A DNA stretch of 63,484 nucleotides, counting the filler, from Octopus bimaculoides (Eukaryota): the NCBI RefSeq assembly GCF_001194135.2. It is 6 parts of 5 records of this genome, joined end to end, with 100 filler letters (N's around TTAATTAATTAA, not from the genome) between each part and the next. Parts side by side here need not be neighbours in the genome. Positions count along the whole stretch, not along the records: positions 20,807 to 34,384 come from NC_068991.1; positions 34,485 to 58,725 come from NC_068990.1; 4 more parts are not named here. One strand, given 5' to 3'. Position numbers and translations under genes: made by a program. Positions 24,237 to 36,116 of the stretch are shown in pieces. Numbering within the stretch: position 1 is the first letter of the stretch; each line of letters opens with the position of its first letter. Under the pieces are notes generated by a model. The model was not told the DNA's origin, did no database searches, and saw only the letters and a program-made list of their open reading frames with translations.

Positions 24237-26369
24237 ATTTATATTCGTTCATAAATGTCTGAGGTTGTACATACGTAACACGTATGTATATAATATGGTA
24301 TTTTGCCTTGAGAATGACATATGTTTGCTCAGCAAGAGCATGTGATAAGTCCATTAAAAATGAAAATATATTTAACATGGGAAACCTATGATCCAATATC
24401 AGCTGATAAGTGGGCGAATAACATTTGCGGATAATTGCTGGAACTCTACATTTTGTTTGACTATGTGCTTGAATCTATCTATCTATCTATCTATCTATCT
24501 GCATGTGTGTGTGTGAGTGTGTGTGTGTTTTAGTGTGTGTTTATTGGAAGCATAAATATCTTGAGAGCGATTTTTCAATAATGGCTGTTAAATAGTAATT
24601 CTGTATAATCCTGTTGTAAACTTTAACAATACAAAACGTGTGTATCTCCAGTAAGTAGGTGTTGTTTATTCGAAATAAATAAACGCATAAATTCATAAAT
24701 AAGGATGGAAAGATAAAGGAGGCAACCACATTTTGTTCTTAATAACTTTAATGCTCGGCCGTTTTCCTGTAGTTGTACGTGACATCAAGTTGTAACTAGT
24801 GCTGTGCCTCCATTTACATCACACGGTGTTCCCTTCATTTATTGACTATTAATCATTTTTACGTGACATGCCTCTCGTCATTTTCAAAGCTTTTTCATCA
24901 CCACCACCACCACCACCACCACCACTATCATTACCTCCACCACCACTGCTTTTATTACTACCATTACAGTCACTACCGTTTTAGTATATGAACAACAGAA
25001 TCAGTTACGACTAAAGTTGTTTCAAATAATTCTAATCTAAACTTCTATTATGATCTTCACTGCGCAAAAACCAAGGACGGTCGCTTCTAAGTTGTCGTTC
25101 AACTTGCTAGAAATAGTAACCAAATCGCTCTCACTCACACCCTACTGATTATAGAAAGGAAGCACACATTGGAAGTATAATCTGAGAGACTCATAAAAAA
25201 GAAAACAAAAAAAAAACGGAATGAAACTGAATAATTTTTGATTACAGGTCTATGTTCAGTTAGGATTTTCCTCGGGGTTACACGTCGAAGCTGCACTACC
25301 ATCATCAAAACGATACTTCGACAAGAATCCTCTTCACCATTGCAATCTCTCAACAGCTGATGTCATTGCTTTTCTATAAACACTAACATACAACACCAAC
25401 ACTAAAATGTCTACCCTTCCTCCACATTACGACAGAGAACGTGTATAAGCATGTTCCTTTACAGTAGACATTCTTGTGTTTCTACAGCGTCGAATTTATC
25501 TCAAGTTATATCAATATATTTACAAACACAATATATCAAACCGAACACGCGTAACGGATATCTCTTGTAGATAGTAATAAGTCGAAATAATCTGTTGTTA
25601 AATATGATGATTTCCGTTGGACCGATAAGCAGATGCAGATGTTGTGATGGCACCGATTGTCGTTTTTCATCAGTCCAGTTGTGCAGATAGGTTCACAGTA
25701 TTATTGTTTGCCCAGAGTCAAACAACTGACAGAGACAAATATGATATTTTGTGTCAGTCGGCGGAGAGAGTTGATAAATCACATAACAGTTAACACCATG
25801 CACTATATAACCGTTGCTTGACATTAACGAAATATATACATTAACGAAATATATGCATCGAGGAAATGTAGACACATTTCGCAAATCATTCCCATTCGCT
25901 TTAATGAGCGCCCTTAAACTTGATGTTGTCATAAATTAAAACAAATTTGTATCAAAAATATTTTCGCTGTTGTTTTTATTCTTTTGTACTGAAAACTACC
26001 AATGATATTTCCAAAATATTTCACAGGAATCAATAAGTTTATCTATACACACTTACATCACAGAGTCACACAAGTTCGCACACAAACGCACGCATGTAAG
26101 CTTGTGTGCCTATGAGTGTGCATGTTAGTGCGTGTGTGTCTGTGTTCAGCATCTTTTCCTTTAGACTTATTTGATTAAAAAGAACTGGTCTGTTTCCCAT
26201 TTATACATTTTCATGTCGCTGTATTTCCTTAATATTATTATTATTATTATTAAGTTTCTGTTGTTATATGGATAATATGCCTCTATATGTGTGTGTACGT
26301 GTGTATAATATCATATTTTATACATACATACATACATATATACGTCTATACACACGCACACACATACAC

Positions 26370-26419
<50 letters not shown>

Positions 26420-26999
26420 CATGTTTTCTAGGTCATGTGATCAGAAAGTCATTGATAAATGGATATCTTGTATGCGAGTTAGGTTTGTGTATGTATATGT
26501 GCGTGTGTATGCGTGTGCGCGTGTATGTGTAAGAGAAAGAAGGGGAGAGAAAATGTAGANNNNNNNNNNNNNNNNNNNNNNNNNNNNNNNNNNNNNNNNN
26601 NNNNNNNNNNNNNNNNNNNNNNNNNNNNNNNNNNNNNNNNNNNNNNNNNNNNNNNNNNNNNNNNNNNNNNNNNNNNNNNNNNNNNNNNNNNNNNNNNNNN
26701 NNNNNNNNNNNNNNNNNNNNNNNNNNNNNNNNNNNNNNNNNNNNNNNNNNNNNNNNNNNNNNNNNNNNNNNNNNNNNNNNNNNNNNNNNNNNNNNNNNNN
26801 NNNNNNNNNNNNNNNNNNNNNNNNNNNNNNNNNNNNNNNNNNNNNNNNNNNNNNNNNNNNNNNNNNNNNNNNNNNNNNNNNNNNNNNNNNNNNNNNNNNN
26901 NNNNNNNNNNNNNNNNNNNNNNNNNNNNNNNNNNNNNNNNNNNNNNNNNNNNNNNNNNNNNNNNNNNNNNNNNNNNNNNNNNNNNNNNNNNNNNNNNNN

Positions 27000-27307
27000 T
27001 ATTGAGCGAAAACACCTAAAGCTACACGAGGCTCCGGCAGGGGATGGTGGAAAACCCTGCTGTACTCTTTCACCACAACTTTCTCTCACTCTTACTTCCT
27101 GTTTCTGTTGTGCCTGTAATTCAAAGGGTCAGCCTTGTCACACTGTGTCACGCTGATTATCCCCGAGAACTACGTTAAGGGTACACGTGTCTGTGGAGTG
27201 CTCAGCCACTTGCACGTTAATTTCACGAGCAGGCTGTTCCGTTGATCGGATCAACTGGAACCCTCGACGTCGTAACCGACGGAGTGCCAACAACAACAAC
27301 AACAACA
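27000..27307 (+). mobile_element. SINE family D, head lost in the gap, (CAA)n tail
   Basis: Reverse complement of 22028-22330; ends gccaacaacaacaac. Confidence 0.9.
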
Positions 27308-27439
27308 TGGTATATTTAAATGACTGTGGTAGTCGTATACATAACTGAATTATGTCACATTTAATCGATGGGTTTATTCGTTGCTTTTGTTTCTGCTTTC
27401 GATTTTTGATTAGTTTTCTTTTTTTGTTCTTTTTTTAAT

Positions 27440-27660
27440 GCAGATTTCGTCCATTTCGGACTGTGAAAGGCCACTGACTACGTTGTTGCACTGCAACGAA
27501 AGTTTTGATACCATATTACAAACAGTAAATGTTTAAGTGAAATTAACAGTCTTTGTGTGTTTCTGAGTGTTTAACTTGTATCTTTCACGCAGCAATCGTC
27601 TTAGCTTTAACACACCGTCACAGATCAAGACACTTGCAACGTAAATGCAATTTCCTTAAC
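27440..27660 (+). mobile_element. Diverged relative of the PLE terminal region at 32011-32240 / 34200-34384
   Basis: taaatgtttaagtgaaattaacagtctttgtgtg..ctttcacgcagcaatcg aligns with 34305-34384; the distal end aligns with the reverse complement of 32011-32070. Confidence 0.62.
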
Positions 27661-27673
27661 ATATGTGTGTGTG

Positions 27674-27758
<85 letters not shown>

Positions 27759-28194
27759 CACAATATAAAAAAGAAAACAAATGGGGGTTTAAAATTTTAG
27801 GATAGAAGCATTTCGGAGTGGTCTTCTCGTCTTCAGCAGCAGAGACCGGAAAGGCAGACGCTGACTTTCCGGCTTCCGTGGCTGAAGGGGATATAACGAT
27901 TTGAAATTCTTGCATCGTGAATTTTAAACCACGTTTGTTTGCTTGCTTATCTGTTTATTTGTTTGTTTGTTTGTTTGTTTGATTTTATGCTTTTTCTACC
28001 TACGCCGCACCAAGAACAAGCCCTGAGTTAGATGTATGGTTTTAACTGGATTTGGTACTTACATACCTACCGTATCCTTCCAACACTTGTACTTTCATAG
28101 TTGTTTTACCTCACTGTGAACCCTATGTTATTGTACCTAGCTATTTCTAGTTTCCTGAATCCTATAACTAATCAATATATCTTAGTATATACTT

Positions 28195-28510
28195 ATTTTA
28201 TCGACCCCTAAAAGATGAAAGACAAAGTCGACCTCGGCGGAATTTGGACTCAGAGCATGGAAACAGATGAAATGTTGCTAAGTATTTTGACCGGCATGCC
28301 AACGATTCTGCAAGCTGGCCGCTTTAAAAACAAAATTATGATCATATTTGTTTCAAATTTTGGCACAAAGCCAGCAATTTTATCGACCCCAAAGTGAGGA
28401 ATTTTTTAAAGTCGACTCCGGCGAAATTTAAACTCAGAACGTGAAAACGGATAAGATGACTCTAGGCATATTGCCTGATGTGCTAACAATTCTGCCTGCT
28501 CGCTGCCTTA
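28195..28510 (-). mobile_element. Two adjacent SINE family A copies
   Basis: Two runs of tttatcgacccc..aaagtcgac..ggaattt..ctcaga..ctaac.attctgc. Confidence 0.8.
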
Positions 28511-28927
28511 AAGGGAAAATTATAACCATATTAACAACTCATGTCACACATTTAGACATTCCTTAGTACCTGTTTGTCAATTTCATCAATGTTATAAATA
28601 TTGCATCCGTCATCAAATACTAGAAGTGACTATGAAGGCGGGGCCGTTTCTCAAAGTTAAAACTGCGATGAGCTACTGCTGTTTGCAGTAGACAGAGAAT
28701 GTTAATGAAAGCATCGGGATAATTGAACAGTTATCTCTTCAGAGTATGAATCTATAGCTTGCATTAACAGAGAGATTGATATTTATAGAGGAAAGAAAAA
28801 TCAGCGCGATGAAGGGTTCGCGAGGGAACATCAAATTCATGTTACGTATTTCAAAGAAACTTTCCGTCACATGTTCGAGTATATAATCAGTGACTCAGAT
28901 TTTGATCTCCACTCTGGGGTTAACACA

Positions 28928-29262
28928 GGGGAGTATCATAGCCATGTGTTGAGAGGAATTCTTCGGGGTTTGAATAATTCACCTTTGGAAACATGGGTGT
29001 TTTGCTCAACATCCTTAAACAACCCTTATTCCAGGACCTTTTGAGCGGGATGGGCTACTCGACCTGAAGAAAATTCTAACTGGACCCCTCCTGCGAGGTC
29101 ATGCGCTGTTTATCTTCATAGAAGACCACCATGTCGTACACATATGGTTGTGATGCATGTGCCTGGTGTACCCTTATCAGACGGGTAGTCATGATGGGTA
29201 TACTGAGTATTGTATATTTTACCCCAGTGTCACTTTGCTGGTATATACACTGCTCTCTGACT
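28928..29262 (+). mobile_element. Family C element without a tail
   Basis: Aligns with 14275-14580. Confidence 0.85.
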
Positions 29263-29984
29263 CTTGTACTTTGAGTGTATGAGTCAGGGGAGACGGTCAT
29301 CGGGTTCTTCATGGGTTAAAACACTTAGAAAAAGACATTTAAAGCATTATATGAGACACTTGCCAATTATTGTTTCCATCCGGGTAGTTGCTTTGGCTAT
29401 ACGAAAATTGAGGCTGTTTGGAAAGTCAGAAGTATAGCTTGGAGATTGGTCAAATAAGTTGGTATTCCATAGATAAGATGATAGAATGAACGGTGAATAA
29501 GGAGCAGAGAATATTTTGGTGAGAAAATGAAAGAAAAAGACAGACAAACAGATAGACGGGCAGAGAGACAGGCAGAAGAATGTGGTGTAGTTAAAAATCT
29601 TGGTTTCAATAAGAATTAAATGAATGTGTGGATTCTGAAGTACTTAAGTTTCGTGGAGAAACTAGTGTACCAGAAGTGCGGTTCGCTAGGCGGAATTTAT
29701 TACTGCTGTGAGTGTATTAGAAGGTAAATCACTTAATTAAGTATTGGGTGGGTCGAAAAAGTTAAGTGGGTACGGTTAGAAGACATTGGTAGAAATACAC
29801 TTGGCAAAAGAACAAAATACACGGTTGCGGTTGAGAAGTTGTAAGTCTCTTGCTCCAAACATTGCAATAATTAAACCTTAAGAAGATTGATGTTAGAGCT
29901 AATCTTTGAAACGGCAACATTCCTGATGAATTAGTTGCAGATATTGGGTTCCAAGCTGTTATAAAGAGCAATATTCTTAATAAA

Positions 29985-30195
29985 TATATTGGTTTCAAAT
30001 TTTGGCACAAGGCCAGCAAGTTGGGGTAGGGGCTAAGTCGATTACATCGACCCCAGTGTTCAACTGGTACTGATTTTATCGACCCCCGAAAGGATGAAAG
30101 GTAATGCTGACCTCGGCGGAACACAACGTGTAAACGGACGAAATACCGCTAAGCACTTTGCTCATCGCGTTAACGATTCTACCAGCTCGTAACCC
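29985..30195 (-). mobile_element. SINE family A
   Basis: Reverse complement of the family A consensus. Confidence 0.85.
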
Positions 30196-31874
30196 TTTTC
30201 TTAATAAATATATTAGAAAGAATCAGTAAAATTCAACAGATGGTACAGTTTTTGGACTGACGTAAAAATGTTAACCCTCTGTGATGAAAAAGGTACTGCG
30301 CAGTGGGACTGGATCCGAAACTACGTGATTACAAAGCGATATTCTTAACCACTTATTAACCACGCATGCAGGCGTACATACGTGCGAACGTATGTAGACA
30401 GACAGACAGACAGACAGACAGATAGATGGTACAGGCGGCTGCACAATTTCCCTCCGCCATTTATGACTAACAAGGCATTGAACAGCCACCCGAAAAAGCT
30501 TTACTCATGAGATAATGAAAGTTTTTGTTCACTTCGATGAACAGAAAATACCAGGGATAAAATATAAATCCGTAACTTCAGGAGCTGAGTGACCGAAACA
30601 TAACGCCAGTATAATAAATAACCCAAGTGTTTAAATACAATTAATACGTCTCAATTTTTTCATTTCGGTCATACATATCAAGATAGGCACGCATGAACAT
30701 AGAGCGAGCTTTTGTCTTTAGCATAAATTGATAATGTAGTAGCAGCCAGATTTGAATTTCATTTCATTCATATTTATTACTGAAAGAAACTGAAAATAAT
30801 GTGTTGATGAGTTCAATGTATCCGATGACTAAATTGTATCAAATAAAATATATCGTAGTCAACTAGTAAACTGTAAAACCATTTCTTTTATTCCCCTGAG
30901 AGTGTTTTGTTTTTTTAGTTGATATCCTGCTTGTGTCAAACAGCAATACTTTTGCTACGGACATGAATAATCTTTATATGTCATCGAGCTGCTATCACGT
31001 AACAAAAAAATCAATGATGGATAGATCTGAATTCGTGAATGCTTTTCATTTATCACAATTATACAGGAAACTAAAACAGTGCAACTAGAGAATACATTAG
31101 GATAGTAAAATGGCTGCTTCACGATGACAAATTTTGTTCCTCGTTGGTTCGTATAAAGATAACGTTGCATATTACTATACTAGCCTTCCACTGAAGTTGG
31201 TGAATTTATACCAGTGATCTCCTGGATTTAAGAAATCTGTTAAATCCTACTTTATAATTTACCTTGTATTATGTAAAAAACAAATCATTATTTTGTTACA
31301 AGTTTCTTTGAACAGCTTGAAACATGAGTCTTCTTTCTTACGTGAACAAAAATGTCGAGTTAACGCTTCTCCCCTATTTTTAAATGAATACAACTGATAC
31401 AGTTTGATACAGTCCAAATGGCACTTGACTCTCAATGGCGGACTCTTTTCGCAGAAACTCTGTACGCCCCCTCTACCACCATCGCCAGAAGCAGAGTTAT
31501 CCTGCACGATTACATGACACTGTCCGGCGCCATAGTTAATTTGTTATATAACCTGGTTATCAGAACAACGCATGGTTGTGTTCTACTTAACATTTCATGA
31601 GTTAATAGGAAATTATTTAACGAAACTTTACAGTTAATATTATCTGTGTTGTAAATAATGCAAAAATATGAGAAGATCCTGTGTCACGGAAATCTCCTTT
31701 TACACGTTAATATGAACCAACTTGGCGTTTATCGTTTGCTGTAAAAGTGTTCGTTAGTTCTCTAAGAATGCTGTACCTTTAAAAGCCGTCTGTGTTGTAT
31801 GAAGTAATGACTTGTGAACTTAAAGACTGTATTTTATCAAGATAATAGTTATTTCATGATAGTGTATAAGTGTG

Positions 31875-31911
<37 letters not shown>

Positions 31912-31967
31912 NNNNNNNNNNNNNNNNNNNNNNNNNNNNNNNNNNNNNNNNNNNNNNNNNNNNNNNN

Positions 31968-32012
<45 letters not shown>

Positions 32013-32151
32013 CGGAGATGTACTTGCATAGCAAGTGACCTGATCTGAGATCGTGTGCTGGAACGAAAACAATTGCAGCGTGGAAGGTGTTTAGAAGCCA
32101 TTTAAAATAACACATAAAATCCGTTAGATTCACTTCAACATTTAAATTTAA

Positions 32152-32202
32152 TTTGTCAAAATATTTTCGTCGCTTTGAGACCGCGACCTGTTCACTGACA
32201 AA
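32152..32202 (-). ncRNA. Candidate minimal type I hammerhead ribozyme, G3-C8 core variant (inverted copy)
   Basis: Reverse complement is identical to 34249-34299. Confidence 0.6.
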
Positions 32203-32707
32203 ATTCTGTGCTGCATCTGAGAAAGTAACAGTTAGTTCATGATATATACGTACGTGTGTATGTATGTATATTTGTATGTATGTATGTATGTATGTATGTA
32301 TGTGCATGTACATGTATGTGCGTATGCATCTGTGTACATGCGTATGCATGTGTGTATGCCTATACCCATACATATATACACACACACATACACACATACA
32401 TATATACAAATATATATGACACTAATACAAGGATAATGGTTAAAATTCAAATACGCATTAAAAATTTTTTATTTTTATTTTACACACATAAACACCACAC
32501 ATAGATGTATCTACACATACTCACATCTACACACTCATACGCACATGCATGCACACACTCATATAGTCACATACACAACGCACAACACATACACACATGT
32601 GCACACACACACATACATCTACACACACGCACATACATATCAAACTATATACGCTCATACGGTTATATATAATTACATATATGTATGTATTATGCATCTC
32701 AACATGT

Positions 32708-33358
32708 ATGTATGGAAAGGAATTCCTATACCACAACAAGTTCTGGAATAGGTTAGAGAGGGACGCCAACAAAAGAAATAAGAACGACACTTGGTATGAC
32801 AAGAAGTTTCACAGTGTGATGTTTGTTGATGCTACACCTAAGAACATATTAAGTAAGGCATTCAAGAATATCCTGCACGCAACTGGCCTTAAGATCAAAG
32901 TTGTAGAAAAGACAGGTAGGACTATTAAATCTGAATTATGTAGATCATATCCGTTTGATAGAATCATCTGTCAAAATAATTGTGCAGTATGTTCTACAAA
33001 CCCACACGTGAACTGCAAAACCAAGAACACTGTATACCAGATCAAGTGCCAAGAAGGAGCTTGCGCGACTAACCCAGAGTCATACATTGGTGAGACTTCT
33101 AGGAGTATCGATGATAGGTTCAAAGAACACCTGGACAACTACATTGAAAAGAAACTAAACTCCATCTATCAGTATGCTGTAGACTGCCACAAGGGCTCCT
33201 TAGGGAGACTTAAATTAAATATCTTATCCAAACATCCCACTGATGCAATGCTGAGACAAGTCACTGAAGCTGTCTGTATACAGGAGTACAAACCCTCTCT
33301 CAACCGTAAATCCGAGTGGGGTAACATCCAGATTCCACTCGGGAGTACACCTCTATAG
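32708..33358 (+). CDS. Open frame (216 aa) for a PLE Cys-rich linker plus GIY-YIG endonuclease; no RT
   Basis: No stops. Contains SVMFVDATP, IKVVEKTG, RSYPF..C..C..C..NC, VYQIKC, YIGETSR, RFKEH, LRQVTEAVCIQ..P.LN.K.EWG. The ATG comes from the inverted arm; expression is unknown. Confidence 0.6.
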   Translation: MYGKEFLYHNKFWNRLERDANKRNKNDTWYDKKFHSVMFVDATPKNILSKAFKNILHATGLKIKVVEKTGRTIKSELCRSYPFDRIICQNNCAVCSTNPHVNCKTKNTVYQIKCQEGACATNPESYIGETSRSIDDRFKEHLDNYIEKKLNSIYQYAVDCHKGSLGRLKLNILSKHPTDAMLRQVTEAVCIQEYKPSLNRKSEWGNIQIPLGSTPL

Positions 33359-34248
33359 TCACCCTTCTCTCTCTTTTACATGTGGAATTCCTTTCCATAC
33401 ATACATGTTGAGATGCATAATACATACATATATGTAATTATATATAACCGTATGAGCGTATATAGTTTGATATGTATGTGCCTGTGTGTAGATGTATGTG
33501 TGTGTGCACATGTGTGTATGTGACTATATGAGTGTGTGCATGCATGTGCGTATGAGTGTGTAGATGTGAGTATGTGTAGATACATCTATGTGTGGTGTTT
33601 ATGTGTGTAAAATAAAAATTAAAAAAATTTTTAATGCATATTTGAATTTTAACCGTTATCCTTGTATTAGTGTCATATATATTTGTATATATGTATGTGT
33701 GTATGTGTGTGTATATATGTATGGGTATAGTGATGGATAAGCGTATATGCGTGTATACTTTAAGATTATACGTATATTTGTGAGTGTGTGTGAGTGTCAA
33801 TATGATTGTGTGTACTTGTATATATATGTATAAGCAAGGTTATATGTGTGTGTGTGTGTTTACATATGTGTATATGCATATGTATATGTGTGCATATATA
33901 CAACCTTCAACAAAGTAACAGTCATGTATACAACTTGAACTGACGCACATATCAGTACATAAACATACGTTCACATGTACATACATATGTACACACACAC
34001 ACACAAACACGTCTGCACACTTACCCCCATTACTCACGTACATCCATAAGTACATACGTGCATACTCACATACATACATATATACATATATGCCTATAGG
34101 CATGCACACATGCATACGCATGTACACAGATGCATACGCGCACACATGTACACGCACATAGATACATAGATACATACATACATACATACATACACACGTA
34201 CGTATATATCATGAACTAACTGTTACTTTCTCAGATGCAGCACAGTAT

Positions 34249-34299
34249 TTTGTCAGTGAACAGGTCGCGGTCTCAAAGCGACGAAAATATTTTGACAAA
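34249..34299 (+). ncRNA. Candidate minimal type I hammerhead ribozyme, G3-C8 core variant
   Basis: Stem I UUUGUCA/UGACAAA, core GUGAACA(G), stem II GUCGC/GCGAC, GAAA, palindromic stem III AAUAUU, H17=U. Lies on the PLE sense strand. Confidence 0.62.
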
Positions 34300-34384
34300 T
34301 TAAATTTAAATGTTGAAGTGAATCTAACGGATTTTGTGTGTTATTTTAAATGGCTTATAAACACCTTCCACGCTGCAATTGTTT

Positions 34385-34484
34385 NNNNNNNNNNNNNNNN
34401 NNNNNNNNNNNNNNNNNNNNNNNNNNNNTTAATTAATTAANNNNNNNNNNNNNNNNNNNNNNNNNNNNNNNNNNNNNNNNNNNN
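34385..34484. other. Artificial concatenation linker
   Basis: N44-TTAATTAATTAA-N44. Confidence 0.97.
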
Positions 34485-34761
34485 AGTGATGGATTTGTAG
34501 TCTTCGAATTAGATTTCTCCTTTCTGGTTTTGAGAAGCCTAATTTCTCAAGATTGGTATTTAGGCAGTGTGTTACATATCCTAGGGCCCCAATAATTACA
34601 GGTATGAACTTGTAATCTAGATAGAGTAACTGCAGATTTCTCAATAGTTCAGCATAGGTGTCCTCTTTTTCACTGATCTTCACCTTTATGTTAACGTCCG
34701 CTGGGCAGCTAATTTCCACAACTGTGCACAGTTTCTCTTCTCTATCCCAAATCATTATATC

Positions 34762-34765
<4 letters not shown>
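34485..34765 (-). pseudogene. RLE-domain fragment of an R4-type LINE (family differs from 1876-2283)
   Basis: DIMIWDREEKLCTVVEISCPADVNIKVKISEKEDTYAELLRNLQLLY..IPVIIGALG; starts directly after a (TACA)n run. Confidence 0.85.
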
Positions 34766-34794
<29 letters not shown>

Positions 34795-35282
34795 TGAATG
34801 CATGTATGTATGTATGAGCACTAAATAGCCTTCATTCTCTGCTATATCTCTTGTGTGGTGTAATTCTCTTCTTCGCAACATGCCTGAGCCATTACTGTGT
34901 AACGATTGTAAACAAATGTCTTTCTAAGGGAAGCTGGGGACTGTCATAGTTGCTTGATGATATATATACGTGTGAGCGCGCATGCGTGTGTGTCTGTGTG
35001 TTGGTGTTTATTGTTAAGAGTTTAAAGAAAGTTGATTCGTTAATCTTTATTGTTTAGGATATAACGGTAGTCAACTTATGATCATATTACGACTATTTCA
35101 TCCTTTCTATACATTCAATAATGATATTTCGACTGAAAACGAACTGAATGGAGAACCGGAACGAAATATCATTTGGTAATATTACATGGCGTCACTCTAT
35201 TACGAAATATACACCATGATATTTTCATTTGAAGCCAGCTCATAAATTCCTTGAAAGGTCACGCTGAATGTATGTATGTATG

Positions 35283-35396
<114 letters not shown>

Positions 35397-36116
35397 ATAT
35401 AAATAATATATAAATATATGCATATATCCATACATATATGTACATACCTATATCTATATGTATACATACATGCATATATGGGTACAGGGCATCAAAAAAA
35501 CGTTAAACACAATGAGAAACGAAAACAGAAAACGAACTTTTTTCGAACAACGAAAAAAACAAACAGAGAAACGAGACATGCAACATAAAGAGTATACCCC
35601 TTCGTCAGTTGTCCCTGTTCCATCTACTCCGCGTTTCGAAGGCAAGGACAATACGCGACTTCGCTGGAACAGTTCTTCCCGCAAAGAGGCGATCCCAGGT
35701 CATCAGCGTCACTCGGACTCATCACAGATTTCGCATAAGACATGCCTGCTTGAAGAGTTTCACATTTTTCTATTTTTCCGCTTTATTTCTATTCCCAAAT
35801 GGCTTATTTTTTATATCTAGCACTATGTCTTTCTCCATTTCTAAATTAAGAGTAAAATTAAAGCAACCGTGCAAAACATAATTGATTTTTGTACACAGAC
35901 GCACTGAATAACAGCACTCAAATAACGACAGCGGAGTGCGCTACAAACATCAGCGGTCTGACTCTTGATCGCCTATACTTTTGACAAGAGATGCCAGTTA
36001 GTTTTTTTTACACCCTCCAGGCTCGTTCGTATTAGCCTGAGTTGCTGGAAAATTGTTCGTTCCTTTAAAAATATTGTAGAACGGAAACTTTTCATAGATT
36101 AGAATATAAATGTTAA

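Larger units (their letters stand above)
32011..34384 (+). mobile_element. 5'-truncated Penelope-like element with an inverted copy of its own 3' region / pLTR at the 5' end
   Basis: GIY-YIG frame at 32727-33358; 32067-32726 is the reverse complement of 33384-34384 apart from indels; hammerhead-like fold in both arms. Confidence 0.85.

Noticed and set aside
27805-27845. Hammerhead CTGAAGA-cgag..ctcc-GAAA on the minus strand
   Set aside because: The first stem II pair is C-C, stem III is not palindromic, and no stem I partner follows.
31259-31507. 82-aa minus-strand ORF ending near an AG|GTAAAT donor
   Set aside because: No convincing acceptor or homology, and the length is within chance expectation.
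35590-35710. Hammerhead from CTGATGA / CGAAACGCG / CTGACGAAGG on the minus strand
   Set aside because: No arrangement gives stems I, II and III plus a UH site; it is probably a decayed repeat.
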